In this document: positions 1-13,519 of the stretch, piece by piece
Layout of the letters: every line of letters begins with the position of its first letter
Position numbering within the stretch: the first letter of the stretch is position 1
Assembly (NCBI RefSeq): GCF_004010195.1
Contig: NC_057754.1
Span: 12,628,609 to 12,692,608, forward strand
Source of the DNA: Chiloscyllium plagiosum
Taxonomy: Eukaryota
DNA: 64,000 bases
Direction: 5' to 3'
Notes under the pieces: model-generated
Database searches by the model: none
Told to the model about the DNA's origin: nothing
The model's input: the letters and a program-made list of their open reading frames with translations, nothing else
Position numbers and translations under genes: made by a program

Positions 1-175
1 AGTTCATGGAATGCCCTGGCAGTAGCAGTGGTGGACTCTCCCTCTTTATGGGCATTTAAGCGGGCATTGGATAGGCATATGGGGGATAGTGGGCTAGTGT
101 AGGTTAGGTGGGCTTGGATCGGCGCAACATTGAGGGCCAAAGGGCCTGTACTGCGCTGTATGTTTCTACGTTCTA
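1..175 (+). mobile_element. CR1 LINE 3' end fragment
   Basis: Begins with the W-N-x-L-P C-terminal ORF2 codons (tggaatgccctggcag), followed by 3' UTR 'gggccaaagggcctgtactgcgctgtatgtttctacgttcta'. Confidence 0.7.
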
Positions 176-279
176 ATGTGCAAACTCCACACAGACAGCA
201 ACCTGAGGCTGGAATTGAACCTGGGTCCGTGGTGCTGTAAGGTAGCAGTGCTAACCAATGAGCCACCGTGCTGCCCCTG
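176..279 (-). mobile_element. tRNA-derived V-SINE (HE1-like), 5' fragment
   Basis: Reverse complement of the SINE head (tRNA-like A/B boxes) plus 'tgtggagtttgcac' V-core; same family as 6097-6390. Confidence 0.75.
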
Positions 280-289
280 ATTTGGTTCT

Positions 290-1720
290 GATCTGCCAAG
301 TGAACCTGCATGTTAACCTTCAGAGAACCCCTGAACTAGGACTGCCAAAGTCCTCTGCCCTTCAAATTTCTGAAGCCTTTCTCCCTGTTCAAAAAGTAAT
401 CTACGCCTTTATTCTTTCTCTCAAACTGCACAATCCAACATTGTATTCCATCTTCTACTTCTTTGTCCAGTCTCGCAACCTGTCCAAATCATTGCCCTCA
501 GGTTTTTTAAAGTTCGGTAAAGCATAATGAGAATAGTTAAACTTCCCATCACTGGCCCCTGTGGAAGGTCACGCTTCACTGGCTGCCGTTCTGTAAAAGA
601 CCCCTCTATCTTGACTCTCCCAGGCAGCCAATATTCTTTGTTTCCACTAAAACCATACTGTTATCTTATTAAGCAGCCTGCTGTGCAGTATCTTACCACA
701 GGTCTTCCAGAAATCCAAACAGACGATGTCCACTTTGTCTAACTTATTTGTTACCACAGGCATGATCACCCCTTGATGAAGCCGTGCAGACTCTGCCCTA
801 TTTGACCGTGCACTTCCAGGTACTCTGCAGTATTATCCTTAATAGGGGACTCCAAAATTTTACCAACAACTGAGATCAGGCTACCTGGCCTATAGTTGCT
901 GTCCATGTCCCCCTCTTTTCCTAAACAGGGATGTTGCATTAGCTATTTTCCAGTGATCTGGGATCCCACTGATTCTAGTGATGTCTGAAGGATCACCACC
1001 AACACCTCCACAATCTCCTTCAGCTATCTAGGGTATAGTCTATCTGGTCTTGATGATTTAGCCACCTTCAGCTTCCCAGCCCTTTCACCTTACTGATGAC
1101 CACAGCACTCTTTAACCCACGTCTGTCTTAAAATTCTGGTGTCTTCCCCTGTAAAACTGATGGAAAATACCTCTGCCATTCCTTTTGTTCCCCATTACTA
1201 CTTCTCCAGCCTCATTTTCCAGCAGGCCAATGACCATTCTTGCCTCTTTGTGACCTTTTACATATCCAAGAAAATCTCCTGCAGTCGCCTTTTATAGTGG
1301 TAGTGAACTTACTCTCATATTTCATCTTTTCCCCTCTTTTTGTTGTTTTTAAGTTGTCCTCTGCTGATTTTTAAAGGCTTCCCAATCTTCTGGCTTCCAC
1401 TAATCTTCACCATATGCTATGCTTTTTCTTTTGCTTTTAAGCTCTCCCTGACTTCTCTTGTCAGCTATGATTGTCTCATCCTCTCCTGAGTATATTTCTT
1501 CTCCTAGGGATGAATTTCTGCAGTGTCTCCTGAATTACCCCAGAAACTGTCATTGCTGCTCCACTGTCTTCCCTGCTAGGTTCCCCCTTCCAACCAACTC
1601 TGGTTGGCTCCACCCATAGGTATTTGTTCTTATTTTTACTCAATCATAATCCTGTTACATCAATCTTCTCCCTCTCAAACTGCAGAATGAACTCTATTAT
1701 GTTGTGGTTGCTGCATCCCA
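290..1720 (-). mobile_element. Old degraded CR1 LINE ORF2 fragment
   Basis: Decayed NYRPVSL-type codons (tcaggctacctggcctatagttg) and RT-region similarity to the adjacent younger CR1; many stops. Confidence 0.6.
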
Positions 1721-1727
1721 AGTGTTC

Positions 1728-3706
1728 ATAGAGTCATAGAGACTTACAGCATGGAAACAGACCCTTCAGTACAACCTGTCCATGCTGACCTGATATCCCA
1801 ACCCAATCTAGTCCCACCTGCCAGCACCCGGCCCATAACCCTGCACACCCTTCCTATTCATATATCCATCCAAATGCCTCTTAAATGTTGCAATTGTACC
1901 AGCCTCCACCACATCCTCTGGCAGCTCATTCCATACATGTACCACCCTCTGTGTGATAAAGTTGCCCCATAGGTCTCTTTTATATCTTTCCCCTCTCACC
2001 CTAAACCTATGCCCTCTAGTTCTGGACTCCCTGACCCCAGGGAAAAGACTTTGTCTATTTATCCCCTCATAATTTTGTAAACCTCTTATAAGGTCACCCC
2101 TCAGCCTTCGACGCTCCAGGGAAAACAGCCCCAGCCTGTTCAGCCTCACCCTGTAGCTCAGATCCTCCAACCCTGGCAACATCCTTGTAAATCTTTTCTG
2201 AATCCTTTCAAGTTTCACAGCATCTTTCTGATAGGAAGGAGACCAGAATTGCATGCAATATTCCAACAGTGGCCTAACCAATGTCCTGTAGAGCCGCAAC
2301 ATGACCTCCCAACTCCTGTACTCAATACTCTGACCAGTAAAGGAAAGCACACCAAACGTCATCTTCACTATCCTATCTACCTGCGACTCCACTTTCAAGG
2401 AGCTATGAACCTGCACTCCAAGGTCTCTTTGTTCAACGACACTCCCTAGGACCTTACCATTACGTGTATAAGTCCTGCTAAGATTTGCTTTCCCAAAATG
2501 CAGCACCTTGCATTTATCTGAATTAAACTCCATCTGCCACTTCTCAGCCCATTGGCCCATATCCTTTTGTAATCTGAGGTAACCCTCTTCACTGTCCACT
2601 ACACCTCCAATTTTGGTGTAATCTGCAAACTTACTAACTGTACGTCTTATTCTCGCATCCAAATCATTTATGTAAATGACAAAAAGTAGAGGGCCCAGCA
2701 CCGATCCTTGTGGCACTCCACTGGTCACAGATCTCCAGTCTGAAAAACAACCCTCGACCACCACCCTCTGTCTTCTATCTTTGAGCCAGTTCTGTATCGA
2801 AATGGCTAGTTCTCCCTGTATTCCATGAGATCTAACCTTGCTAATCAGTCTCCCAAGGGGAACCTTGTCGTACGCCTTACTGAAGTCCATATAGATCACA
2901 TCTACTGCTCTGCCCTCATCAATCTTCTTTGTTACTTCAAAAAACTCAATCAAGTTTGTGAGATATGATTTTCCACGCACAAAGCTATGTTGACTATCCC
3001 TAATCAGTCCTTGTCTTTCCAAATACATGTACATCTTGTCCCTCAGGATTCCCTCCTACAACTTGCCCACCACTGAGGTCAGGCTCACCGGTCTATAATT
3101 CCCTGTCTTGTCTTTACCGCCCTTCTTAAATAGTGGCACCACGTTTGCCAACCTCCAGTCTTCCGGCACCTCACCTATGACTATCGATGATACAAATATC
3201 TCAGCAAGGGGCCCAGCAATCACTTCTCTAGCTTCCCTCAGAGTTGTCGGGTACACCTGATCAGGTCCTCGGGATTTATCCACCTTTAACCTTTTGAAGA
3301 TATCCTGCACTTCCTCCTCTCTAATCTGGACATTTTGCAAGATGTCACCATCTATTTCCCTACAGTCTATATCTTCCATATCCTTTTCCACAGTAAATAC
3401 TGATGCAAAATATTCATTTAGTATCTCCCCCATTTTCTGCAGCTCCACACAAAGGCCACCTTGCTGATCTTTGAGGGGCCCTAGTCTCTCGCTAGTTACT
3501 CTTTTGTCCTTAATATATTTGTAAAAACCCTTTGGATTTTCCTTAATTCTATTTGCCAAAGTTATTTCATGTCCCCGTTTTGCCCTCCTGATTTCCCTCT
3601 TAAGTATAATCCTATTTCCTTTATACTCTTCTAAGGTTTCAGTCGATCTATCCTGTCTATACCTGACATATGCTTCCTTCTTTTTCTTAACCAAAACCTC
3701 AATTTC
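1728..3706 (-). mobile_element. CR1 LINE ORF2 (reverse transcriptase), younger but disabled; 5' part runs into a gap
   Basis: ORFs 3056-3694 and 1808-3034 contain GNYRPVSLTS, YMDFSKAYDKV and GVPQGSVLGPLLF; frameshift near 3050; catalytic FADD is FADY; ctatgact-type tail at 1728-1740. Confidence 0.95.
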
Positions 3707-4519
3707 NNNNNNNNNNNNNNNNNNNNNNNNNNNNNNNNNNNNNNNNNNNNNNNNNNNNNNNNNNNNNNNNNNNNNNNNNNNNNNNNNNNNNNNNNNNNNN
3801 NNNNNNNNNNNNNNNNNNNNNNNNNNNNNNNNNNNNNNNNNNNNNNNNNNNNNNNNNNNNNNNNNNNNNNNNNNNNNNNNNNNNNNNNNNNNNNNNNNNN
3901 NNNNNNNNNNNNNNNNNNNNNNNNNNNNNNNNNNNNNNNNNNNNNNNNNNNNNNNNNNNNNNNNNNNNNNNNNNNNNNNNNNNNNNNNNNNNNNNNNNNN
4001 NNNNNNNNNNNNNNNNNNNNNNNNNNNNNNNNNNNNNNNNNNNNNNNNNNNNNNNNNNNNNNNNNNNNNNNNNNNNNNNNNNNNNNNNNNNNNNNNNNNN
4101 NNNNNNNNNNNNNNNNNNNNNNNNNNNNNNNNNNNNNNNNNNNNNNNNNNNNNNNNNNNNNNNNNNNNNNNNNNNNNNNNNNNNNNNNNNNNNNNNNNNN
4201 NNNNNNTATCCCTTAATAGGGACCATCTCTGTTAGAAATTCTACAGTTGTGAACTTGAGGAAAGATGCCAACCTTTTAACCAGACAACTGAATGTGTGAA
4301 GCTGATAGTACAAATAATGACAATAAATTTAAGCCACACATGAACCAACCTTTCTGGATTCACTTGCTCCCTTCATTGCTGCGAGTGAACATTTTTCCCT
4401 ATCCCACCCTGCCTCTCTCCTTCCCTTCCCGAATGAGAAAAGTAATGGAAAGGGGATAACATTGCTTTGCTTCCAAATATTGCACGGAGAAGGAAGGCTC
4501 ACTCTGAAGTTCGAAAGGC

Positions 4520-4680
4520 AACATGTGCACGTGTAGTCCATGCAGCCAATCGCTGTGCTCTGTGGTGACATCATCGGTGCCCCGGGCAAGGCACATGGGA
4601 GCCCTGCCACCATCCATTGTTGCCTGTAGGCGTCCTGGAGCCAAGGTTTCCAGGGCAACCGGTCATCCAACTGGAGAGAC
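4520..4680. promoter_or_regulatory. Promoter-like motif cluster
   Basis: E-box CACGTG 4528-4533, CCAAT 4546-4550, CRE-like TGACATCA 4566-4573, RFX X-box GTTTCCAGGGCAAC 4646-4659; locally CpG-enriched. Confidence 0.4.
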
Positions 4681-5839
4681 ACAGGACAGCCACATTATGG
4701 AGAAATTTGAAATGTGGGATACACAAAGACCTGAGAATCCAAACACAAATGTACCCATGCTATGAGGTGAGATGTTACAGGTTATTTGCCGAGCGATAAA
4801 GACAGAACAGTGATATGTTGTCCAGATCAACTTGTATTTATCAAAGTGCCTTTTAAATATTGGACTGTTCCAAGATACTTCAGAGAAATGTGACAGAGTA
4901 ACATTTGACACTGGACTGTACAGAGTGATGTTAGGGCAGAACCCAAGTGTTCGGTCAAAGTGATAGATTTGAAAGGCATCTTTAAAGGAGGAAAGTGAGG
5001 TTGAGAGGTAAAAAGGGTTCACAGGGACCTTCCAGAGCCTCTGAAGTAGTCAGCTGAATGCATGGCCAGCAATAGTGGACCGATATAAAATCAGGGCTGT
5101 CTGCCGGCTGGTATTGGGGGGAGGGAGGATATCTTAGAGCATTGTGTGATGGTGGAGGAGGGAGGTAATTAGTAACTCATCTTGGGTTGAAATATGATGT
5201 CCTGGTTGTGAGGCACCTCAAATAGTAACCAAGAAAGAGGGATGGAGTGGGAGATGAGGGAGTAGAGTTTCTGGCTGGGACTGAAGACAATGGCAACAAT
5301 TGTCTTCAGGATTTGTTTGAAGGAAATGTTTGTTTATCCAGTTCTGATGTCAGACAGGTGGGTAAGGTGTATGAGATGGGGGGGATCCTGCAGGTGATTG
5401 TCCTAGCAGCATGTGGAGGGTGAGGGTCTGGGATATTCTCGCAAAGATCTGGTCATTTTTAGGAGATGTAAAATCCTACTCCATACTTCTACCGCCATCT
5501 CCCTCTCTTGTTCTTTTCTCCCAGAGGAGCCGGAATCTTGTTTACGTCCAGGCTGGGTGGCATGTTCCCCTCCCTGAAGGATGTTACTGAACGGTTAGAT
5601 TTTTACAACAGTCTGGCCTATTTCAGGGTCACTTTCTCCTCCTACTGGCCCCACAAATTACCAGATACACTCAGCCCAATTTCTTAATTTTGCTTTGTGC
5701 TGTTGTGGATTCTTTCTCTCATTCCTGTTTTTGTCTTTAAAATGACTTTCACAGTTGTATAAAAAAGGAAAGATTTCTTGTTGGGGAAACGGAAACCAAA
5801 CATCACATCGGGTTTTGTCGGTTTCACCCAAATTATCAT

Positions 5840-6760
5840 AAGCAGAATGACTTTGGATGTTGAACATGGAAGGAGGAGGCACAAAGCAGAGAGAAGTTGT
5901 AATCGTGTTCTGTGCATGGACAATACTTCAGCCATCTTTTGACCTGTCAGAACATAAATGCAGTTTTAATGAAGAGTAGCTATGAATATCTGGCGATTCT
6001 TGGGAATATTCCAGCTAGGCTAGAAATTCATTGTTGCATTAACATTGAGCAGAAGACTTTCACATTCTCTGCATGCAGGAAAAGATTCACTATCTTGGGG
6101 CGGCACAGTGGCTAGCACTGTTGCCTCGCAGCGCCAGGGACCCGGGTTCGATTCCAGCCTTGGGCAACTGTCTGCGTGGAGTTTGCACATTCTCCCCATG
6201 TCCATGTGGGTTTCCTCCCACAGTCCAAAGAGGTGCGGGTTAGGTGAATTGGTCATGCTAAATTGCCCATAGTGATAGATGCATTAGTGGGGAATGGGTC
6301 TGGGTGGGTTGCTCTTTGGAGTGTCGTTGTAGACTTGTTGGGCCGAAGGGGCTGTTTCTGCACTGTAGGGAATCTATTCCAATCTGATATATCTTCTCCA
6401 ATCTGCAGAGCCCCCCACTGCATTGAGACTGGGGAGAGGCCATTCACCTGCTCCACGTGTGGGAAGGAATTCAGTCATACATCCGAACTATTGTCACAGC
6501 AATGAGGTCATGGAGACAGGCCATTCAGTTGGTCTGGGTATGGGAGGAATTCAATCGGATATACGCTACTCAGCACACGACTACTGGAGAGAGACCATTC
6601 ACCTGCCCCCAGTGTGGAAAATGATTCATTTGTTCACCTGCCTCCTAACATACAGATAAGGTCACACTGAGGAGAGACCATTCACCTGCTCCAAATTTGG
6701 GAAGGAATTCCTGGAGTCTTTCCACCTGCTAAGATACCAGCAAGTTCACCAGTGTCTGCA
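5840..6760 (+). pseudogene. Decayed C2H2 ZNF pseudogene interrupted by a SINE
   Basis: [22 protein letters not shown] and other actggagagagaccattcacctgc linkers, with stops and frameshifts. Confidence 0.8.
6097..6390 (+). mobile_element. HE1-like V-SINE
   Basis: gggcggcacagtggctagcactg head, B-box gggttcgattcc, V-core, CR1-like 3' tail. Confidence 0.9.
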
Positions 6761-9168
6761 GTTATGGGAATGTTGCTGTTCGTTATAGCCAGGAATCAAT
6801 GTGTTCATTGGGGTCTGTAACTACTGATGTTGATAAATGCCCTCTTACAGGTGATAAAATGCAAATACAGCAGCTTTGTGTTAATTATTCGTGTGCTGAA
6901 TCATGTTAATAACCTGAACACAACTGAGTGCCTTTCTGAAAGCCTGTTCCTACTCTCACCTCCACCCCATTTATCCTGTCTCCTCCCCGTCTACTCTGTT
7001 TCCTCCATTCTCACCTCAGACAGCAAGTGCGAAGAGCTTACGGAGTTTCTATGTCGCTGAGATTGAGAAAATATTTATTTCTACTAGCCCAACAGGCAGG
7101 GGCTCTTATGGCACAATGAGAATGTCCTTACTCGGGATCAGGAGACCCCTGGATTAAGGCCCACGTTTTTCGGAGGTGGTTAACAACAACTCTGGATAGG
7201 CTGAAAATATAAGTAGAAACAGAAAATACAAGTAGCGACCGACCGAAACACCTTCCAGCCGTCCCTGGCCGAGCTTCCAAATGGAATCTTCCTGTAGTTT
7301 CTCTCCTGTTAGACTCTCCCATTGCTTAGTTTGTCCAGGAAACCCTCCTGCTGCTCCGTTGTTCCTGCCCCTCACTGACTTGTCCATTTCCCCCGTGTTC
7401 CCACATTAATTCATTGTTTCCAATCCCATTGTCCGATTCCTCCAGCTCTACCTCCTTCAGTCTATTGGGCAGCAGCTGCTGTCAATCACCAGGGTGATTA
7501 TGATTTGAAGCATGCGATGTACACGTGAATACCAGTGCGCCAGCGCTTTGTTAGCCAAAGGCTGTAGGGATGCGCAATAGGGGTCAGACAGGTGTGGGAT
7601 GGAGGCTGTGGGTGTGAGATTAGTTTTTTCTGTCATTGGCCTTCCTCCGGGAACAGGACCTGGGAAATGGCCCCTAGCCCAGGGAATGAACTAAAGGATG
7701 ATTCACATCAGAGGATGGCGTCGGGGAAAATAAAGAGGATTCGGTATAGAGGAAAGTCAATGAGTTCTGACCAGGAAGCAAATCCTGGGGTGGCGGGGTT
7801 TGTGGAATTCATCAACACCCACTGGAGATTTCAAACTAGGAGTGAAACTGATTTGATTCTCAAACTGCCGACACGAGCTGAATAACTGAAACCAGAGAGA
7901 CGAGAGGGAGGGAGAAGCATACCGGTAGCAAAGCAAGGAAGTGGGGAGATTGGTTTGGATTTCAGCTCAGGAAAAAAAGACAGTGGGTGCCATACTGGGA
8001 TTTACAAACTTCAGGGAACAGGATGGAAAAAAAGATGTTCAATGCAAATCTTTAACTGTCTGCCCTGAATTTCTATCAATTTTTTTTCTCTGCTGTCAGG
8101 TACTGAACGGGTGCCCAGAAACAGATTGCAGTTTCCGTACTGGCAGTTTGATGGGAACGTAATCTTCTGCATACAGCAACAAGAGAAGGGCAGGGCCCAG
8201 TACCTAGCTCCTTACCTTACTCTTGTAGATATCAATAAGGCAATCAATGTCATAGCAGGCCAGAACTCAATAAGACTTAGGAGGAAACTGGCTGTCCATC
8301 TCAGCTCCTTAGTCTGATCCTTGCTGCTTCTATGATTGGTAGAGGCAGAAACCATTGTAACATTAAAAAAGTATTTAGATGTACACTTGCAATACCAAGA
8401 CTCTCACAGCTATGGATCAAATGCTGGAAATGGAATTGGAATAGTAAGGTGGTAAGTTTTGATTGGTGCAGTCTTTTTCTTCGCTGTGACTCGACGAACC
8501 AATCCTTTCATAACCACAACGCTACCTGAATGAGATCACCAAGTGGCGAGTAATGGTGAGAAATTGATCTTTGGGGGATGCCAAGTCCAAGCAACATGGA
8601 GAAAAAAGGAAGGCTGGGCATGAAGGAAGCCACTTGCAAGGGCAATGAGTTCAAGGGTTTTTTTTTCCCCTGATAAACAATGATGATGGAATTAAAGGTG
8701 AGAATGACAGAACCAGAAAAGAGAGTAAATGTTAACAATATCAGCGAACATGGGGAAGCTGTGGGTAACAGTTTACTGAGAATAGAGTCAAAGCAGCAGG
8801 AGGTACGACTCATGCACAAGATGAGATCTGATAGGATGTGACAATAATAGGAGAGAAAGCTGGAGCAGCTTTCACAGAAAGAGGAATTAAGAACGGGTTT
8901 GACTGATGGCCTAGTGGTGGGGAAGAAAAAAGCACAGGCAGCTGATCAATTGTTCCAATTTCAGTAACAATTCAACAAAGAGAGAAGAGAGAGGGTGATC
9001 CCTTCAAAGTGAACTGGCAAGGGTGTTAAAAAATTAGGCAGACTTATGCTGAACTGTTTTATTTGACTATTTTGCCAAATATTAACATCTGTGGGTGAGC
9101 TAAACATCAGCATTCAACATAGCTCCATTCCAGTTGTGGTTAACAGCAAAACTGAGCCCCTGCATTAG

Positions 9169-10523
9169 TCACTTGTGAAGTCGCTGATGGCGAAGCAGGT
9201 GAGCTGACTGAGTAAATCTCTTCTCACACATTGAGCAGGTAAATGGCCTCTCCCCAGTGTGACCCCGCTGGTGTATCAGCAGGTTGGAGTTTGTCATGAA
9301 TCCCTTCCCACACTCAGAGCATGTGAAAGGCCTCTCTCTAGTGTGAATCCGCTTGTGTACAGTGAGGTCAGATGATCGCCTGAATCCAGACCCGCACTGA
9401 GAGCACTTGAATGGTTTCTCATCAGTGTGAATACGTTGATGACGCATCAGATCTGCAGAACTTTTAAAGCATTTCCCACAAATTGAACACTTAAAAGGTC
9501 TCTCATCAGTATGAACATGTTGATGGGACAAAAGACCCTTGGAACTTTTATAGCACTGCCCACAGTCTGGGCATTTGAAAAGTCGCTCCTCACTGTGTAC
9601 GTGCTGGTGTGCCATGAGATGAGATGACTGAGTGAATCCCTTCCCCCACAGTGAGCAGGTAAATGGCCTCTCCCTAGTGTGAACTCGCTGGTGCATCATG
9701 AGGTAAAATGAACGAAAGAATCCCTTCCCACATTCAGTACAAGTGAATGGTCTCTCTCCAGTGTGAATTCGCTGGTGTATACGGAGGTCAGATGACCATC
9801 GGAACCCAGTCCCACAGTGACAGCACCTGAAAGGTCTCTCCCCAGAGTGAACACGCTGATGGGACATCAATTCAATGGAACTTTCGTGGCCTTTCCCACA
9901 GTCCAGGCACTTAAAAGGACTTTCTTCAGTGTGAACCCGATGGTGCTTCAGCAGGTTGGATGTCCGAGTAAATCCCTTCCCATACTCTGCGCAGATGAAA
10001 GGTCTCTCCCCTGTGTGAACTCTTTGGTGTGCGCAGAGATCATATGATCGACTGAACCCTGCCCCACACTGAGAGCACTTGAACTGTCTATCCTCAGTAT
10101 GAACACTTTGGTGACGTATCAGTTTTAAAACCCTTCCCATGAATTGAGCATTTAAAAGGTCTCTCATCTGTGTAAACACATAGATGGGATATTAGTTCGC
10201 TGGAACGTTTGTAGCAGTTCCCACAAACTTCTCATTTGAAAGGGTCAGCGTGAGCTCGCTGGTGCCTCAGCAGCATTGGTGATTCAGTGAATCCCTTCTG
10301 ACATATGGAGCAGATAAATGGCCATTTCTCAGTGTCAGTATGATGGTGAATTTTGTGAAATTCCAGATCAGAAATGTAACGTCCTGTCTGCTCACAGTCC
10401 CCAGTTTTCCATAGTTTCTCCCCAACATGACTGCAAAAAGCCAGATGACTGTCTGAACCCTTGCTCATACGCAGATCACATATTCAGTTTCTCTTTTCTG
10501 TGAACAGTGCTTTTTCCTTCCAT
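9169..10523 (-). pseudogene. C2H2 ZNF gene, disrupted paralog of 42146-43456
   Basis: Premature TGA at 10232, 11-nt deletion near 10122, Cys->Tyr and Cys->Trp in two fingers; a residual 336-aa ORF (9169-10179) keeps about 9 intact fingers. Confidence 0.85.
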
Positions 10524-10574
10524 GTTCGAAATATGAGGATGTTGTGATAAAATGAGAAATCTTGGTGTGATCCT

Positions 10575-10700
10575 GTTCTGAAGAAGAGTCATCATGAACT
10601 TGAAATTTTAACACTGTTTTGCTCTCTATTCAGATGCAACCAGACCTGCTCAGTTTCTCCAGCATTTTAAATTTTAAATCAGTTTTCAGTAATATTTTGC
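10575..10700 (+). mobile_element. Old PLE-terminus-like short repeat with decayed hammerhead motif (paralog ~43565-43690)
   Basis: ctgaagaagagtcatcatgaacttgaaa...agatgcaaccagacctgctcagtttctccagca resembles the younger mini-elements. Confidence 0.55.
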
Positions 10701-12339
10701 TTTTATCCAAAAGATATTTTTGCATTGGATTCCCATCTTTGAATGTTCCTTTTCCATGAAATTGATTTAAAATAAAATAAAAAGAGATTAGGAGAAAAGC
10801 CACAAAAAGATAAAGCCAAATTGTGTGATATCATGACTCTGAAAATGCATCCATTGTTTTTTTAGGTCAAAACTTAACTAATCTCAGGCACTCCTAGCCA
10901 GTCTTACACATCCCAGTTCCTATAAATCTTGAGGCTTTCTAACATTCGCCGGTCTGTGCATTCACACCAAATCTTAACCAGCCACCACACCTGATTGTAA
11001 GGATGTCAGCCAGTGGACCCTCATAGAATATGATTGGAGCTGTTAATCTGGTGTAGTCAGGGAATCTTGGCTGGCATAAAAAGGTTAGGAATTAGAGATA
11101 CTGACACTGTGGTGTGTGACTCTGTGTGAGGCAGTACTATAGTCAAGGACTGTTCATGTGTAAATGAAGAATTGCTTGGTGATTGGATACCAGCCTCTGT
11201 AGAGGCCAGGCTCACTGACCTATAGGCTATTTAAATTATTGTTTCCAGACATTTCTCCATCACTGAAGTAAAACTGTCTGGCCTGTTGTTACCGGGCTTC
11301 TCTTCACAAGCTTTATTGAACAAGGTGTAATGTTTGCATTCTTCAGCTTCTGGCACTACCGTTAGAGCTAAATAACCTGAAAATATTACAGAAACGCCAC
11401 TACAATTCTACTCTCACTTCCCTTTATATTCTTTGGTTTATCTAATCCACACTTTGTGCCTTATTCATATTGAGTTCTGATAGCCTATGTAACACCTCAT
11501 TCTTCTCAATTTTAAAATATTCAAGTGACTCATATATCTAGTCTTTTACTATGACCTGAGCAGTATATTCGTCTTTGAGAATGACTTATTTAATACATTG
11601 GCTATGATTGTCTGCATTGTAATTTTGGTCCTGAGGAGTCCTATTCAATATTTAACCTCCTTTACAATTTCAAAGCCTAAACAAGAGTTTTAAGATTTCC
11701 CACCCTGTTGACTGCTGTTGAATTTCAAAATCACGTTTTCCTTATTTTATTTGCTGTTTCATCTTCCCTCCGAACTTTCTGTATTCAGCCTAGTTCTAAA
11801 TTTTCACTTTCTATTTAACGTGTAATATGCACATTTTTTCTGTTTTACCTTAATTTTCTCAGATCATGAGATATAGAAGAAGCACGACGTTCAGCTTTTC
11901 AAGACTGCTCTATTATTCAATGGGATCACAGCTGATCTGATAATTCTCAGCCCCACTTATGTCCCTTTTCCTAGGAACCTTAACTTCCCCCCTGAATAAA
12001 GATCTGATCAACTGGTCACTGTGCCCAAATGTTCGACACTCACACTTGACCCAGTTCATTGCCAAGAAGGTCTAGGAATGCTTCTTTTTTTTCATTTAAG
12101 ACTAAGTACACATTGCTGTGGAAAACTTTCCTGAACACACTCTTACCTGCACTGACCTTTACATAATCTCTATTCCAGCAGAAAAGCAAAATATTCCAGG
12201 TGCTGAAAACCTCACACAGGAAACACTGGAGAAACCCATCTGCGCAAATATTTGGAGTACACTTCCTGGACGATAGTTTGGATAGATCAGTTGTATAGAT
12301 TGCCACTTTCGCGTCATTCTCATCATGACAAAACAAATA

Positions 12340-12720
12340 TAACTCACCAATGGCAATACTTTTACCTTTTCCCAGCACGTCCGCTGTCTCGGTCACAAGT
12401 GAACGGTACGCCGGCGTTGTTTCACATCGTGTCTGGAACATGCGCAGTGACAGTGATGATAATGGGTGGAGGTGCTCTTCCTTTTCATCCGCTGTGAGGA
12501 TGCGGGCCAACAGGGAAGGTTAATAAATACTTCCAACCTCGATTAATAACCTCCAATTGCTCTATTTTTGTTCTTGGGGGCTTTCCCTGCGATCAGCTCC
12601 CGGTAACCGCCGACATCTGGATCCGCCGGGTTCAGGGCGCATGCGTGTGAACTTGAAGCTGCTGTGAGGCAGGCGGGGATCCGAAACGTGCGGTTGTGCC
12701 TTTGGATCATAGATTCCGCT
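12340..12720. promoter_or_regulatory. CpG-rich putative (bidirectional) ZNF promoter / non-coding first exon, copy A
   Basis: CpG-rich; NRF1-like CATGCGCA (~12440) and GCGCATGCG (~12637); minus-strand donor TG|GTGAGT at 12347; lies between divergent ZNF sequences. Confidence 0.55.
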
Positions 12721-12729
12721 ACAGTGTGG

Positions 12730-12968
12730 AGACAGAACCTCCGAAGAGTAACCCACCCATTTGCCTCTTACTAATGCACCGAACACTATGGGCAATTTAG
12801 CATGGCCAATTCACTTGATCTGCACATCTTTGAAATGTTGGAGGAAACCCACGCAGACATGGGGAGAATGTGCAAACTCCACACATACAGTCGGTCGAGA
12901 TGAGAAGCGAATTCAGGTTCCTGGCGTTGTGAGGCAGCAGTGGTAACCACTGAACCACCGTGCCGCCC
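12730..12968 (-). mobile_element. HE1-like V-SINE
   Basis: Reverse complement of SINE head and V-core. Confidence 0.85.
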
Positions 12969-13519
12969 TAAGGCTGTGTTAGTTAGAAAGTATCCCATTG
13001 CACATTCCTGCTTTTGGATTTTGTTGCTGATTGTGAGTTATTTGAATTTGTTAGGATTACGTATTGGAAGAACTAAAGCTACCCCTTTGGGTAGCTATTC
13101 CGAGGTTAGAAACTCACACATTGAATGTAGATATAAAACACGTGGACTGTTTTCACCTCCCTGGTACTAGCTTTCTTCCAGTTAATGTCACAGTCTTCTG
13201 GTGGTCCCAACTGGATGACAGGTTCTCATCCCTGATAAACATGATGGAGCCAGTTTGTGATTTAATGACAAAATTCTGGCAGCTTTTATGGTCACTATTC
13301 CCTAGTGCCAGCCCCAAAAATTACCAGATCCATTCACTATGATTCCTTAAGCTGCCTTTACTTTTCTATTTCATTTCACATCCCTTTTTCTGTTAAAGCT
13401 TAATTCCACAGGGTTTTGGAATTAAGGATGAACAGTCATGTAACATGTCAAATAACACACTAAGATCTGACAAACTTGTGGAATGTAATGTAAGCTGAAT
13501 ATTATTGGATTTTAAACAT

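Noticed and set aside
1808..3034. Active or domesticated reverse transcriptase
   Set aside because: Frameshifted from the upstream ORF and the catalytic DD is mutated to DY
3699..4313. Long ORFs spanning N-runs (also 19328-20087, 23530-24187, 33382-34140)
   Set aside because: Artefacts of assembly gaps
6097..6170. tRNA gene
   Set aside because: The tRNA-like A/B boxes are the head of a multi-copy SINE and continue into the V-core
12040..12510. 156-aa ORF as a protein-coding gene
   Set aside because: No recognisable domain, frameshifted in the paralog (45470-45969), and overlaps the putative promoter and intron
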